Of a DNA stretch of 64,000 nt, positions 31,111-41,583 are shown piece after piece. This DNA is from an uncultured Candidatus Binatia bacterium. GTDB taxonomy: Bacteria; Desulfobacterota; Binatia; Bin18. A program made the translations under genes and the position numbers. The first letter of the stretch is position 1. Each line of letters begins with the position of its first letter. The stretch is from NCBI GenBank assembly GCA_965214605.1, contig OZ243961.1:1600001-1664000 (forward strand). The letters are read 5' to 3'. The notes under the pieces are model-generated. The model was given only the letters and a program-made list of their open reading frames with translations. It did no database searches and was not told the DNA's origin.

Positions 31111-32139
31111 TCACGTAACCATCTTCTTCGGACTCGGCTGCACGTGACCCAGCACGGGATGCGGCTGATAAGGCTCTTCTAGCCTGGCTACCTCCTCGGC
31201 ACTCAGCTGGATATCGACCGCCTCAAAAATCTCTTGCAAGTGATGGATCTTGGTTGCCCCGATAATCGGCGAGGTCACGCCCGGAGCTTGGAGCACCCAT
31301 GCACACGCCATCTGGGTTGGACTGACACCATGTTCGTGGGCCAGCTTCTCGACGGTCGAGGCGACCATAAAATCATTCTCGCGGAAATAGTTCTGGCGAG
31401 CAAAGGCGTCGGTTTGGGCACGTTTCGTCACTGCCTTCCCCCCTTCGGGGGCCCGGTTTCCAGCAAAAAATCCGCGTGCCAGCGGACTCCACGGAATCAG
31501 CCCAACGCCCTGATCGATGCACAGAGGGATCATTTCCCGCTCTTCTTCGCGGTAGATCAGATTGTAGTGATTCTGCATAGCGACAAACCGCTGCCAGCCG
31601 TTTTCTTTGGCCGTGTAGAGCGCTTTCGAAAACTGCCAGGCTGCCATACTGCTAGCCCCCAGATAGCGCACCTTACCGCTCTGGACCAGAGCATCGAGCG
31701 CTTCCAGCGTTTCTTCAATCGGCGTGTTAAAGTCCCAACGATGGATTTGATACAGGTCGATGTAGTCCATCTTGAGCCGTCGCAGGGAATTCTCGCATGC
31801 CTCAACAATATGCTTCCGGCTCAACCCCCCGCTATTTTCGCCGGCCCGCATCTTGCCCCATACCTTGGTTGCCACCACAATATCGTCACGCGCAGCCATC
31901 TCGTTTAGCCAATGTCCGGTGATCTCCTCGCTCAGCCCGATCGAGTACACATCGGCCGTATCGAAAAAATTCACCCCAGCCTCAAGCGCCAGCACAAAAT
32001 GCTCCCGTGCCTCGTCTTTGCCCAGCGCCCAATCGCGCGGCATCGCCCATTCGGGTTGCGGACCACCCCCGTAGCTCATACAGCCGAGACAGATACGTGA
32101 GACCGTCATGCCCGTTTTACCAAGTCGTGCGTACTGCAT
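31111..32139 (-). CDS. Aldo/keto reductase
   Basis: LGCMSYG, FDTADVY, ATK, DLYQIHR, PWSPLARG. Confidence 0.93.
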   Translation of the reverse strand: MQYARLGKTGMTVSRICLGCMSYGGGPQPEWAMPRDWALGKDEAREHFVLALEAGVNFFDTADVYSIGLSEEITGHWLNEMAARDDIVVATKVWGKMRAGENSGGLSRKHIVEACENSLRRLKMDYIDLYQIHRWDFNTPIEETLEALDALVQSGKVRYLGASSMAAWQFSKALYTAKENGWQRFVAMQNHYNLIYREEEREMIPLCIDQGVGLIPWSPLARGFFAGNRAPEGGKAVTKRAQTDAFARQNYFRENDFMVASTVEKLAHEHGVSPTQMACAWVLQAPGVTSPIIGATKIHHLQEIFEAVDIQLSAEEVARLEEPYQPHPVLGHVQPSPKKMVT

Positions 32140-32165
32140 ACTCTCTCCAATCTGCTTGTACTGAC

Positions 32166-33083
32166 CTACTCTTGTCCCACTCCAGCCAGACCGGCCTGCA
32201 TACGCTGATGCCCCCAGATGCTGCCCGAGGTATGTAGCTGGACCTGCCAGGTCGCGTCATCAATTTCACGAGCCCCCCAGCCGTACTCGACGGCGAAACC
32301 CGACGGCGTCTGCATATAGAAGGACGTCATATGGTCGTTGGTATGCCGCCCCAGGCGCATTGTGATCGGAACGTTTCGGTCTTGGCATAAGTCATAGGTC
32401 GAGCCGACATCGTCTAGAGACTGAACCTGAAGCATGAAATGGTTCAGGCGTCTGGTAATTTTTGGCGACTCGATGAACGCAATGGTATGATGACGCGGGT
32501 TGCAGTGGAAAAACGTGGCCTGCAGGCTGACTCCCGGCGCTGGAGTGATCTGGACATAATCGCTAATACGCATGCCTAATACATCCCGATAAAAATGGAT
32601 GCTTTGCTCAGCATTATCGACCAGAATCACAAAATGCCCGAGTCCCAACTCGCCGGTCCGAAAGCCAGAGATCGGCCGGGGCGACTGAAAGGGCTTCTCA
32701 AAGCTCATCAGCGGACCGTAGAAAATTTCAGACGGAATACCGTTCGGATCTTGAAAACGGATTAAACCCGCCACTCGACGGGTGGTTCTCTCTTCCGCCG
32801 TCCCCGGGCTGACCTCAAAACCCGCTTCCTCCAGCTGTATGGCCAGTTCGTGGCAGGCGTGCTCATCTGCCACCTCCCAGCCAAGATAGGCCACATCATC
32901 ACTGCCGTTTGGATGAACGATGAAGCGGTGGTGATACTCATCCATGCGGAGAAAGAGAGAACCATCTTCGTCCCATCCGTTTGGCTGGAGGCCAAGGATA
33001 TCGGACGCAAATCGTTCCCATTCGTCAACGTCTTTTACACTCAGTCCGAGATAGCCCAACTGTGTCACGCGTTCCATTTCCAT
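32166..33083 (-). CDS. Type I (VOC) extradiol dioxygenase, BphC/HsaC-like
   Basis: LGYLG, LRMDEYHHR, GLGH, HCNPRHHT, LGRHTNDHMTSFY..PSGFAVEYG. Confidence 0.92.
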   Translation of the reverse strand: MEMERVTQLGYLGLSVKDVDEWERFASDILGLQPNGWDEDGSLFLRMDEYHHRFIVHPNGSDDVAYLGWEVADEHACHELAIQLEEAGFEVSPGTAEERTTRRVAGLIRFQDPNGIPSEIFYGPLMSFEKPFQSPRPISGFRTGELGLGHFVILVDNAEQSIHFYRDVLGMRISDYVQITPAPGVSLQATFFHCNPRHHTIAFIESPKITRRLNHFMLQVQSLDDVGSTYDLCQDRNVPITMRLGRHTNDHMTSFYMQTPSGFAVEYGWGAREIDDATWQVQLHTSGSIWGHQRMQAGLAGVGQE

Positions 33084-33232
33084 ACGTTTCCCCTTTCTGC
33101 CTGCTGCTTTGCGCGGGTCCCTACAGTATCCTACCAGAGAACAATCGCCCTGCCCAGAACAGGGTGGTAAACAGTGAGTCTTGCATACGCTATGATACGG
33201 GGAGCAACGCCTCTTAAACCGGAGAAAACCTT

Positions 33233-33940
33233 ATGACATCACATAAAATCCTAGACTACGCACTCAACGACTCAGTCGCTCTCCTGCGGATCGACGACGG
33301 CAAGGCCAACGCCGTCAGTCAGGCTTTCATCGACGCGCTCAACGCCGGGCTCGACCGAGCGGCTCAGGAGGCACGCGCGGCCGTGATTGTGGGCAGACCT
33401 AGACGTTTTTCAGCCGGTTTTGACCTGTCCGTAGTCCGGGACGGAGGACCGGAAGCCGCCCGTGGTTTAGTCACCGCCGGAGCCAAAATGTTGATGAAGA
33501 TGTATGTCCACCCTCAACCCTTGCTGATTGCCTGCACCGGCCATGCTATTGCCGCTGGCGCCTTGATGCTCCTGGCCGCAGATACCCGCATCGGGGCTGA
33601 GGGGGAGTTTAAGATTGGCCTCAACGAGGTTGCCATTGGCATGACCCTCCCGTATTTTCTCCTCGCCCTGGCCCGCGAACGGTTGTCCAAACGTCATCTG
33701 ACCCAAGCCACCATACAGTCTCGTCTGTACGACCCGGCTGAAGCGATTGACGCGGGTTTTCTGGATCGCGTGTGTCCGGCCGACACGCTTATTGAGGAGA
33801 CGATGAAAGAGGCCAAGCAGCTGGCCGAGCTCCGCCCCAAGGTCTACCATGATGCCAAAATCCGGAACCGTCGGGCGGTGGCAGAGGAAGTGCTGGCCAC
33901 ACTTCAAGACGACCTAGACCTGCTGATGCCGAACTCCTGA
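33233..33940 (+). CDS. Crotonase/enoyl-CoA hydratase family protein
   Basis: DDGKANA, FSAGFDL, GHAIAAG, GLNEVAIG. Confidence 0.9.
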   Translation: MTSHKILDYALNDSVALLRIDDGKANAVSQAFIDALNAGLDRAAQEARAAVIVGRPRRFSAGFDLSVVRDGGPEAARGLVTAGAKMLMKMYVHPQPLLIACTGHAIAAGALMLLAADTRIGAEGEFKIGLNEVAIGMTLPYFLLALARERLSKRHLTQATIQSRLYDPAEAIDAGFLDRVCPADTLIEETMKEAKQLAELRPKVYHDAKIRNRRAVAEEVLATLQDDLDLLMPNS

Positions 33941-33955
33941 CCTCCAGCCCCAGCT

Positions 33956-34825
33956 CTATTGAAACTGACGAATCAGGCCGGCATAACGCTCCAGAACCGG
34001 CCACTGGACATCAGGCTCAGCTGGCTCAATCAGGAACAATACCCGGTTAAAGCCTGTCTGTATCAGCCCTCGCACACGGTTTTCCGGCTCGCTCTGGCCA
34101 AACACTCTGTCGGCAGTAATCACGCTCAAATTAAACTCATCCATCGACCGGCCACCCTTGTCAGCCTCAGCCCGAATCGCCTCGACACCGGCCGACAGAT
34201 CGTGCGGCCCGTCGACCGGAAACCACCCGTCGCAATACTCGACTACCCGCTTGGCTGTCCACTTGGAGTCCGCCCCCATCAGGATAGGCGGCCCGCCGGT
34301 CTGCACCGGCTTTGGCCAGCACCAAATTGGGTCAAAGTCCACGAACTGGCCGTGGAACTCAGCCGCCTCTTTGGTCCAGATCTCCCGCATAGCCAATACC
34401 CGCTCGCGCGTAATTTTCCAGCGGTCCTGAAACGCCACCCCATGATTGGCCATCTCTTCGACATTCCAGCCTGCCCCGATACCAAACAGGAAGCGCCCAT
34501 TCGACACCCGGTCAAGACACGCCGCGGCCTTGGCCAAATTAATCGGGTGGTGCTCCGGCACCAGGCACACCGAGGTTCCGACCTTGAGCTTTTCCGTTAC
34601 CGCTGCCGCTGCGGTCAGGGCAATGAAAGGATCAAAAAACTGAGCGTAATACATCGGCAGTTCTCCGCCCAGTGGAAAAGGTGTCTGGCGGCTGGTCGGG
34701 ATGTGGGTATGTTCGCCATAGAATAGCGAATCAAAACCATTTTCCTCGGCCCAACGCGCCAGGTCCACAGGCGGAATGGAATAATGGGTGGGAATCGACA
34801 CAAGCCCAAAATCAGTCATACTCAC
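33956..34825 (-). CDS. Luciferase-like (LLM) oxidoreductase, probably F420-dependent
   Basis: EHTHIP, DPFIAL..AAAVT, GIGAGWN.EE..NHG, WPKPVQ. Confidence 0.88.
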   Translation of the reverse strand: MSMTDFGLVSIPTHYSIPPVDLARWAEENGFDSLFYGEHTHIPTSRQTPFPLGGELPMYYAQFFDPFIALTAAAAVTEKLKVGTSVCLVPEHHPINLAKAAACLDRVSNGRFLFGIGAGWNVEEMANHGVAFQDRWKITRERVLAMREIWTKEAAEFHGQFVDFDPIWCWPKPVQTGGPPILMGADSKWTAKRVVEYCDGWFPVDGPHDLSAGVEAIRAEADKGGRSMDEFNLSVITADRVFGQSEPENRVRGLIQTGFNRVLFLIEPAEPDVQWPVLERYAGLIRQFQ

Positions 34826-34862
34826 TATCCCTCCTGTGAGAGTTTAAGACTCTGGTGCAGCA

Positions 34863-36377
34863 CTACTTTGACAACAGATGGGCGACCTGCCCGTTGTGGC
34901 TGGGGCCGACCTCAGTGTCCGCCAGGACGCTGGCGGCGGTCGCTTCAACAGCCGTGCCCTGAAAAAAGTCCGGGTTCGCCTGTCCCCAAAAGTGGATCGG
35001 ATTGTCACACACGAAATCCCGAAAATCGTCGGGGGTCATCAGTTCCTCTTCGACCAACTCATAGGCTTCGGGCAGCACGCGGCTCATATCCGATACGTCA
35101 AAGTGGCCAATATCCGAGCCAAACAACGCTCCCAACCGGGCACCAAACGCATTGCTACGGGTGTTAAAAGCCCAGGCGTTCATACGATCATCAGCCTCAC
35201 AGCCAAAATAAAAATTCCTGGCAAACAACTCTTTGATGTCTCGGACCTGACTGATCTCACAAGCGGAGAAGTCGTCCAGATTGCGAATCCCCCCGACATC
35301 GGTTGCGCCTCTCCCCTTCACCACCGTATCAAACGCCGCCTCTCGCTCACGGAAGGCTTCCGCCATATCGGGCGTGCCATAGGTTTCGGACAGCTCACGC
35401 AGCAGGGACAGATTGAGCTTGTCCGGGTTCACCTCGTCCAAGGCCTCAATATTGCGCTTCTCCCAGTGCTCAATGAGATCGGCGTATAGCTGACACGCCC
35501 AGCCCACGCCGCCCTCCAAAAAGGCAAACTTGAGCTGTGGAAAACGCCGCGTCACCCCGCCTAGGAAGAGCGCCTTACATACCGCCTCGTTGGCAGCGGC
35601 AAAATGGCCGATATGGTTATACACAAAGTTACTGGGCGAAATACGCAGCCCATAGCCACGCGACCCGCTATGGAAGGTCGGGGAGACTTTCAGTTCGACA
35701 CACTTCTGCCACACCGGATCGTAGTCATACTCACTGTCCAGGCCAAGCACATCGCGCCAGACGATCAGCTGTGGGGCGTCTCTGTGCTTGTCCGCGTGCC
35801 CGGGAATCGGCCGTTTGATCATGCTGCCCAGCATGACCACCTTGAGCCCGAGCTGGGTGACGGCATGGTCGAGTTCTTCGAGTGCCTCTTCCGGCGTATT
35901 CATCGGAATAACCGCCGTCGGGGTCATCCGATCCGAGAACTTGCTGAAGAAGTTCGCGCTGAAAATATTAAACGCCCGGCACGCCGAGCGGCGCGCCGCG
36001 GTATCCGGGATGCGGGGAATCCCCAGACCGGCCGTGGGGTAGAGGATCGCATAGTCGAGCCCGATCTCCTCCATCCGCTCGTATAGCAGTGCCGGCATCA
36101 TGGCTGTTGCCCGGTCACGGGTATTCTTTGTCGGTAGTCCCCAGAAGGCCTGCTGAGCCGTCCGCGTGTTGCGCCGTTCATCGACCGACATGGCCAGATC
36201 TTTCTGAACCTGACCGGTGAAGGCGGTAAAGCCTTCCACCGCTTTGTCCCCCCCGATGCGGCGCAGCTCTTTGCGGACATACGGCCCAAACTCTAACCAA
36301 TGGCCATCCGCATCAATAACCGGATGATTCAACTGTGCCCGCACACGCGACGCGGCGAGGTGTCCATTCGTGCTCAT
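34863..36377 (-). CDS. Amidohydrolase_2 family protein
   Basis: IDADGH, YDPVW, FLEGG, GSDIGHFD. Confidence 0.85.
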   Translation of the reverse strand: MSTNGHLAASRVRAQLNHPVIDADGHWLEFGPYVRKELRRIGGDKAVEGFTAFTGQVQKDLAMSVDERRNTRTAQQAFWGLPTKNTRDRATAMMPALLYERMEEIGLDYAILYPTAGLGIPRIPDTAARRSACRAFNIFSANFFSKFSDRMTPTAVIPMNTPEEALEELDHAVTQLGLKVVMLGSMIKRPIPGHADKHRDAPQLIVWRDVLGLDSEYDYDPVWQKCVELKVSPTFHSGSRGYGLRISPSNFVYNHIGHFAAANEAVCKALFLGGVTRRFPQLKFAFLEGGVGWACQLYADLIEHWEKRNIEALDEVNPDKLNLSLLRELSETYGTPDMAEAFREREAAFDTVVKGRGATDVGGIRNLDDFSACEISQVRDIKELFARNFYFGCEADDRMNAWAFNTRSNAFGARLGALFGSDIGHFDVSDMSRVLPEAYELVEEELMTPDDFRDFVCDNPIHFWGQANPDFFQGTAVEATAASVLADTEVGPSHNGQVAHLLSK

Positions 36378-36449
36378 ACGTCCCTCCTTGGCTATGGGCT
36401 CGGTTCTTCCTCAATAGTGGGTTTCCAACTCCTTTGCAACGCACCACGC

Positions 36450-37505
36450 CTAGTCGGCACGACAGACGATGTCCGGCCCTAAATCGCGCACGTTTGTTTG
36501 GCCGCACAAGGCCAGACCGACCGCCAACTCCTCGGCCACAAGCTCCAAGCTCCGCTGCACCCCGGCCGCACCGTCAACCACCAAGCCCCACAAAATGTTT
36601 CTGCCCATGGCCACGACATTGGCCCCCAACGCCAGCGCCTTAATGACATCGGTCCCACGCGAAAACCCGCCGTCAATGACGATCTCGGCCCGGCCATCGA
36701 CCGCCTCGACAATTTCGGGCAGAACATCGATCGTTGCCTGGGTTGAGTCAAGCTGACGGCCGCCGTGGTTCGATACCCAGATAATCTTCACCCCGGCTTC
36801 AACCGCCAGCCGCGCATCTTCGGCGGTCAAAATCCCCTTGAGACCAACCGGCACAGACACAACCCCTTGTAGCCAGGCCACATCGTCCCAGGTCAGCCGG
36901 GCCTGGTAATCCATGTCCGGCGGCTGCGGATTAGGGGCCAACAGCCGTGCAACACGCGGATCATAGCGCTGGATCAGATCACGCTCACGCCGGCCATAGA
37001 CCTGGAGATCAACCGTCAGACACACCGCCTTATAGGCCTCGGTTGCCTCAACCCGGCCGAGTAAGTCCTGTACCCATGAGCGTGGCCCGGCAAAGTACAG
37101 CTGAAAGAGCAGGGGGGCGCTGGCCGCCTCTGCCACCTCTTCAACCGACCAGCCGGTCACCCCGCTGACCACGGCCAGGCTGCCAGTCAGTCCTGCCCCC
37201 CGAACCATCTCGCAGTCACCCTGAGGATGGAACACCACTAACCCGCCCATAGGCGCCACCACAACCGGCGTGGGGAGCCGCAGCCCAAGAAACATCGTGC
37301 TAAGATTCACATTACGGACATCTCGGAGCACCCGCTGGCGAATGGCGAGCCTGCGGATCGCCTGCCGATTGCGGCGCAGCGTGCTCTCGGTTTCGGCACC
37401 GCCCGCCGCATAGCCCCACGGGCCGGGCGGAAGAATCTGTTTGGCGGCCCGACGAATTTCGGGCAGGGTCATAAAGCGTTGTGGACGTTCGGCCTGTTGT
37501 GCCAT
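36450..37505 (-). CDS. FMN-dependent alpha-hydroxy acid oxidase/dehydrogenase
   Basis: FQLY, LTVD, LKG, SNHGGRQLD, DGG..RGTDVIKALALGA. Confidence 0.92.
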   Translation of the reverse strand: MAQQAERPQRFMTLPEIRRAAKQILPPGPWGYAAGGAETESTLRRNRQAIRRLAIRQRVLRDVRNVNLSTMFLGLRLPTPVVVAPMGGLVVFHPQGDCEMVRGAGLTGSLAVVSGVTGWSVEEVAEAASAPLLFQLYFAGPRSWVQDLLGRVEATEAYKAVCLTVDLQVYGRRERDLIQRYDPRVARLLAPNPQPPDMDYQARLTWDDVAWLQGVVSVPVGLKGILTAEDARLAVEAGVKIIWVSNHGGRQLDSTQATIDVLPEIVEAVDGRAEIVIDGGFSRGTDVIKALALGANVVAMGRNILWGLVVDGAAGVQRSLELVAEELAVGLALCGQTNVRDLGPDIVCRAD

Positions 37506-37622
37506 AGCTGCTCCCTCCCTGCGCTAAGCCTAACCCAAGCCGGCGTCGTGTTCCAGTTGGGTGGCGATACCTTGCAAGGTGAGGATGCGCTTAGTAGTCT
37601 GGCGTCAATAAGGAGGAAGCGT

Positions 37623-37961
37623 ATGGCAGTTTTTCGTCTCTACACTGGTGATGATGGGCATTCCCACATTGAGGATCAGTCCCTCAGCTCACATCCGTCC
37701 CTGACTAGTGAACAATCTACCGAGCATATTGTTTTCCGAGAGCTTGACGCCGGAGCATTCATGGACTGGCACAACGCCCCACGCCAGCAGTACGTCATTC
37801 TGCTGTCCGGTCAGATGGAGATCGGGCTTAACGACGGCTCACGACGCCAGTTCGGCGCGGGTGATGCCATCCTGGCCTCGGATCTGACCGGCAGCGGCCA
37901 TACCACTCGGGCAACCGGTGCCGAAGCCGCCCTGGTGGCAGTCGTTCCCTTGGCCACATAA
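37623..37961 (+). CDS. Small cupin-fold protein
   Basis: LYTGDDGHSH, WHNAPRQQYVI.LSG, DLTGSGH; GAGGA RBS. Confidence 0.8.
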   Translation: MAVFRLYTGDDGHSHIEDQSLSSHPSLTSEQSTEHIVFRELDAGAFMDWHNAPRQQYVILLSGQMEIGLNDGSRRQFGAGDAILASDLTGSGHTTRATGAEAALVAVVPLAT

Positions 37962-37979
37962 GCTGCACGAGAAGAAACG

Positions 37980-38870
37980 ATGTCACCTCCCTGGACCTCC
38001 CACACCGCCCGCGTTAACGGCTTTCGCATGCATTACGTCACGGCTGGTTCGGGCTATCCGCTCGTCTTTCTCCACGGCTGGCCGCAGACCTGGTACGAGT
38101 GGCGCAAGATTATTCCCGCGGTGGCCGATCACTTCACCGTGATTGCCCCCGATCTCCGTGGCTTGGGTGACAGCGACCGGCCGATGACGGGCTACGACAA
38201 ACGCACCCTGGCCTCGGATGTGTATGCGCTTGTCAACCACCTCGGCTACCAGCACATTGGACTCACCGGCCACGACTGGGGTGGCACGGTGGCGTATTAT
38301 CTCGCCTACGATCATCCTGAAATGGTTGAGCGTCTGCTGATTCTGGAATCAACCCCCGGTCTGATTCGCAAAGACGAGCCCCTCGACATCCGGGGTCTTC
38401 GGCGTTTCTGGCACGTCATGTTCCAGGGCGGCTCGCCCGATCTGGCCGAGCTGCTGGTCCGCGACCATATTCCCCTGTACATCGACCGTCTGTGCCGAGT
38501 GGCGTGTTATAACCCGGCCGTGTTCAGCACCGAAGATATGGCCGAATACGTGCGAGCCTACTCCCAACCCGGCGCACTGCGGGCGGGTTTTCATTATTAC
38601 CGGGCGGCGCTGGAAGAGGACGTTGCACAACTCAGCACCTGTACCAACAAACTCACCATGCCCGTCCGGGCCTGGGGCGGTGAACGGTTCATGGGCGATC
38701 CCCTCCCGGTCTGGCAACGGGTGGCCGAACAGCTCAAGGGTGGTGTGGTGGAACGCTGCGGACATTTTGTGGCTGAGGAGCGGCCGGAGTTTGTGATTGG
38801 GCAGGTGAGAGAGTTTTTTACGCCCCTTGCGACCACCCCACCAACCCTGACCGGGCGGTCGGGCGACTAA
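37980..38870 (+). CDS. Alpha/beta hydrolase, epoxide hydrolase/haloacetate dehalogenase type
   Basis: HGWP, APDLRG.GDS, GHDWGG (Asp nucleophile), GHF..EE.P. Confidence 0.9.
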   Translation: MSPPWTSHTARVNGFRMHYVTAGSGYPLVFLHGWPQTWYEWRKIIPAVADHFTVIAPDLRGLGDSDRPMTGYDKRTLASDVYALVNHLGYQHIGLTGHDWGGTVAYYLAYDHPEMVERLLILESTPGLIRKDEPLDIRGLRRFWHVMFQGGSPDLAELLVRDHIPLYIDRLCRVACYNPAVFSTEDMAEYVRAYSQPGALRAGFHYYRAALEEDVAQLSTCTNKLTMPVRAWGGERFMGDPLPVWQRVAEQLKGGVVERCGHFVAEERPEFVIGQVREFFTPLATTPPTLTGRSGD

Positions 38871-38934
38871 GGGCTTTCTCACTCCGTCCGCCTCGTTTGT
38901 CGCCCACTCACACCCGCCTAAGACACACCGGACT

Positions 38935-39846
38935 GTGACCTGGATTGAACTCAGCCTGGCCGGCGGCTGCTTGCAAACCGCCCGCAACGCCCTGTCAAAA
39001 AGCCTCGCCGGACAGATTTCGCCGACGCTGAACAGCTGGTCACGTTTTGCCTTCAACCTCCCGCTCTCGACCCTGCTGATGCTTAGCCTGCTGGTGTTGG
39101 GAGGCGTGCCAACGCTGTCCCTGCCCTTTTTTGCGTACTGCGCGGCCACCGCAGTGGCCCAGCTGCTGGGCAATATCGCTCTGGTGGCGGCCTTTAGGCA
39201 CGCCAATTTCGCCGAGACGATCGTCCTGCACAAGCTCGAGGTGGTGTTCACCGCTCTGGTCGGGGTCCTCTTTTTTGCCGAAATTCCGAGCCCGTTTGGC
39301 TGGGCGGGAGTCGTGCTGTGTGGGGCCGGCGTGTTGGTGATGAACTTCGGTCGTGAGGGCGGTCCCCAGGGCTTACGGCGAGCTTTCCACCTGAGTGGCG
39401 GGTCCGTACTCGCCCTCGTGTGCAGTATGCTGCTGGTGCTGGCCAGCTTTATGCTCAAGAGCGCCAGCGCTCAGTTTGTGTTGGTCAACCCGGCCGTAGG
39501 GAGCGAACGTTTTACTCCGGCCGTTCACACGCTGTTTCACACCACTTGGATGGAAGTCATCATTTTGACCGTGGCTCTCAGCCTGACCCGTCCGCAGGAA
39601 TTCCGACTCGTGCCGAGCCACTGGCGGCGAATGGCGATGATCGGGGTCCTGTCCTTCAGCGGTAGCCTGTGTTGGTTCTGGGCCTACTCGCTGACGCTGG
39701 TGGCCTATTCAAAAGCCGTCGGGCAAATCGAAGCCGTCCTGGCCGTTATCCTGGCACTCCTCGTATGGCGAGAACGTGAGGTGCTCCGGCAATTACCTGG
39801 GATGTCTATTGTTCTGCTTGGGATGGGGCTGGTGTTGCTGGGCTAA
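38935..39846 (+). CDS. EamA/DMT-family transporter
   Basis: About 10 hydrophobic segments in two repeats; QTARNA..K, KAVGQIE. Confidence 0.8.
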   Translation: MTWIELSLAGGCLQTARNALSKSLAGQISPTLNSWSRFAFNLPLSTLLMLSLLVLGGVPTLSLPFFAYCAATAVAQLLGNIALVAAFRHANFAETIVLHKLEVVFTALVGVLFFAEIPSPFGWAGVVLCGAGVLVMNFGREGGPQGLRRAFHLSGGSVLALVCSMLLVLASFMLKSASAQFVLVNPAVGSERFTPAVHTLFHTTWMEVIILTVALSLTRPQEFRLVPSHWRRMAMIGVLSFSGSLCWFWAYSLTLVAYSKAVGQIEAVLAVILALLVWREREVLRQLPGMSIVLLGMGLVLLG

Positions 39847-41143
39847 AAACACCTCCCGGCCGTTTATAAATCACCCCGTCTTTCATCACAAAACTCACGC
39901 GCTGCATACTGGCGATATCACGGCTGGGATCTCCCGGCACCGCAACCACGTCCGCTAGCTTGCCAGCCTCAAGCGTTCCCAGCCGTTCCTCCACCCCTAG
40001 CAGACGGGCGGCTACCAGGGTTGCTGACTGAATTGCCTCCACCGGCGTCATCCCAGCCTCAACCATGTAGGCAAACTCTTTGGCGTTCTCCCCGTGCGGT
40101 GAGACGCCGCTATCGGTGCCAAACGCAATCCGGACTCCGCTTTTGTAGGCCCGAGCAAAGGTGTCCTGAATTTTTGGACCAAGGGCCGTCGCTTTGGGCC
40201 GCACCGCGGCGGGGAAAAATCCCTCCTGCTTGGCTTTTTCCGCCACCCACTTGCCGGCAATAATCGTCGGCACATAGTAGGTGCCGTGCTGTTTCATCAG
40301 CTCCATGACTTCCTCATCCATGAGGGTTCCGTGTTCGATAGAGCGCACCCCGGCCCGAATCGCCCGTTTCATACCCTCTGCCCCGTGAGCGTGGGCAGCA
40401 ACGGCAAATCCATAGTCCTTGGCCGTTTCAACAACCGCTCGAATCTCTTCCTCGCTAAACTGTGGATTGTGTCCGCTCTTGGCCACACTCAGCACTCCGC
40501 CGGTGGCCGTGAGCTTGATCAAATCGGCGCCGTCTTTGTAGCGTTGACGGACCGCTTTGCGGGCATCCTGGGGGCTATTGATTACACCCTGGTGCGGACC
40601 GGGGTCACCGCTGAGATCACGCCGGAGGCCGTTGCTCGGGTCAGCATGGCCGCCGGTTGTGGCCAGTGATTTTGCCGCCGTATACACCCGTGGACCGATG
40701 ACCAAGCCGCGGCGGATAGCGTTCCGTAAGGAGACCGTTACATTGTAGCGGTCCCCCAAATCACGAATCGTGGTAAATCCCGCCAGGAGCGTCGTCTTGG
40801 CATGGCTAGCCGCCCGAAAAGCATAGTCGGCCGGGTTCAGCCGAAAGCGTTCGGTATACGACCGCTGACTGAGCTGCAGGGAGATGTGGGTATGCGAGTC
40901 AATTAGGCCCGGCATGCAGCTGTGGGTACGCAGATCGACCACGTGGTCGCCGTGATTCTGCGTGGCATAGCCCGATTCAAGCCGCTGAATCGTATTCCCC
41001 GCAATATGAATACTGACCGCCTGCCTGAGGGCTCCTGTTCTGACATCGACCACTTGTCCGCACTCCAGCACGGTCGGCCTACTCACGGCTGGAGAGGCCA
41101 GCAACACGCCGAACACGACACACAAACACTTGAGCTGCTTCAT
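39806..41143 (-). CDS. Exported amidohydrolase (Xaa-Pro dipeptidase-like)
   Basis: Signal peptide, MPGLIDSHTH, IKLTATGG, AHAHG, SIEHG, FGTDSG. Confidence 0.88.
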   Translation of the reverse strand: MKQLKCLCVVFGVLLASPAVSRPTVLECGQVVDVRTGALRQAVSIHIAGNTIQRLESGYATQNHGDHVVDLRTHSCMPGLIDSHTHISLQLSQRSYTERFRLNPADYAFRAASHAKTTLLAGFTTIRDLGDRYNVTVSLRNAIRRGLVIGPRVYTAAKSLATTGGHADPSNGLRRDLSGDPGPHQGVINSPQDARKAVRQRYKDGADLIKLTATGGVLSVAKSGHNPQFSEEEIRAVVETAKDYGFAVAAHAHGAEGMKRAIRAGVRSIEHGTLMDEEVMELMKQHGTYYVPTIIAGKWVAEKAKQEGFFPAAVRPKATALGPKIQDTFARAYKSGVRIAFGTDSGVSPHGENAKEFAYMVEAGMTPVEAIQSATLVAARLLGVEERLGTLEAGKLADVVAVPGDPSRDIASMQRVSFVMKDGVIYKRPGGVFSPATPAPSQAEQ

Positions 41144-41282
41144 GGTAATCCCTCCCTTAAGGCGCTCTGCTTTTACACCCGGCTTCCCTTAGTACGCTTT
41201 CCGCCTCCCTTTGACGAGACGCTTGACCAGACTTCTTGATTGACGCATCCGTCCTGAGTATATCAGACTGGAAGGAGGGACT

Positions 41283-41561
41283 ATGAGCGCACAGAGTCTC
41301 AATATTATGCTGTCAGATCTCTTCCGTTCGGAAGAAATCTTAGTCCGCTATAATCAAGACCCGGACACTGTCTCTGCCCAGTATGGACTCAGCGATGAAG
41401 AGCGAGAAAAACTGAAAGCCAAAGATATGGGGTGGCTGTACGTGTGGGGCGTCCATCCCTATATCCTGGCCCAATACGCTTTCACTATCCACCTCGACCT
41501 TGGCCAGTACGTGCAGCAGATTCAGCAGGCAACGGGCTACAAGGGTCCGGCGGCCCGGTAA
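41283..41561 (+). CDS. LigA-like small subunit of a type II extradiol dioxygenase
   Basis: YGLSDEERE...GVHPY; directly upstream of a LigB-like gene; GGAGG RBS. Confidence 0.7.
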   Translation: MSAQSLNIMLSDLFRSEEILVRYNQDPDTVSAQYGLSDEEREKLKAKDMGWLYVWGVHPYILAQYAFTIHLDLGQYVQQIQQATGYKGPAAR

Positions 41562-41583
41562 TACAGAAAACGCGGAGGATACA

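Noticed and set aside
36450-37505. Mycofactocin MftD assignment
   Set aside because: Same family, but no mftA/B/C neighbours in the window, so kept generic
38349-39458. Long antisense ORFs (also 2471-3181, 50248-51252, 61189-62151)
   Set aside because: They lie opposite well-supported genes and have no motifs; expected shadows in GC-rich DNA
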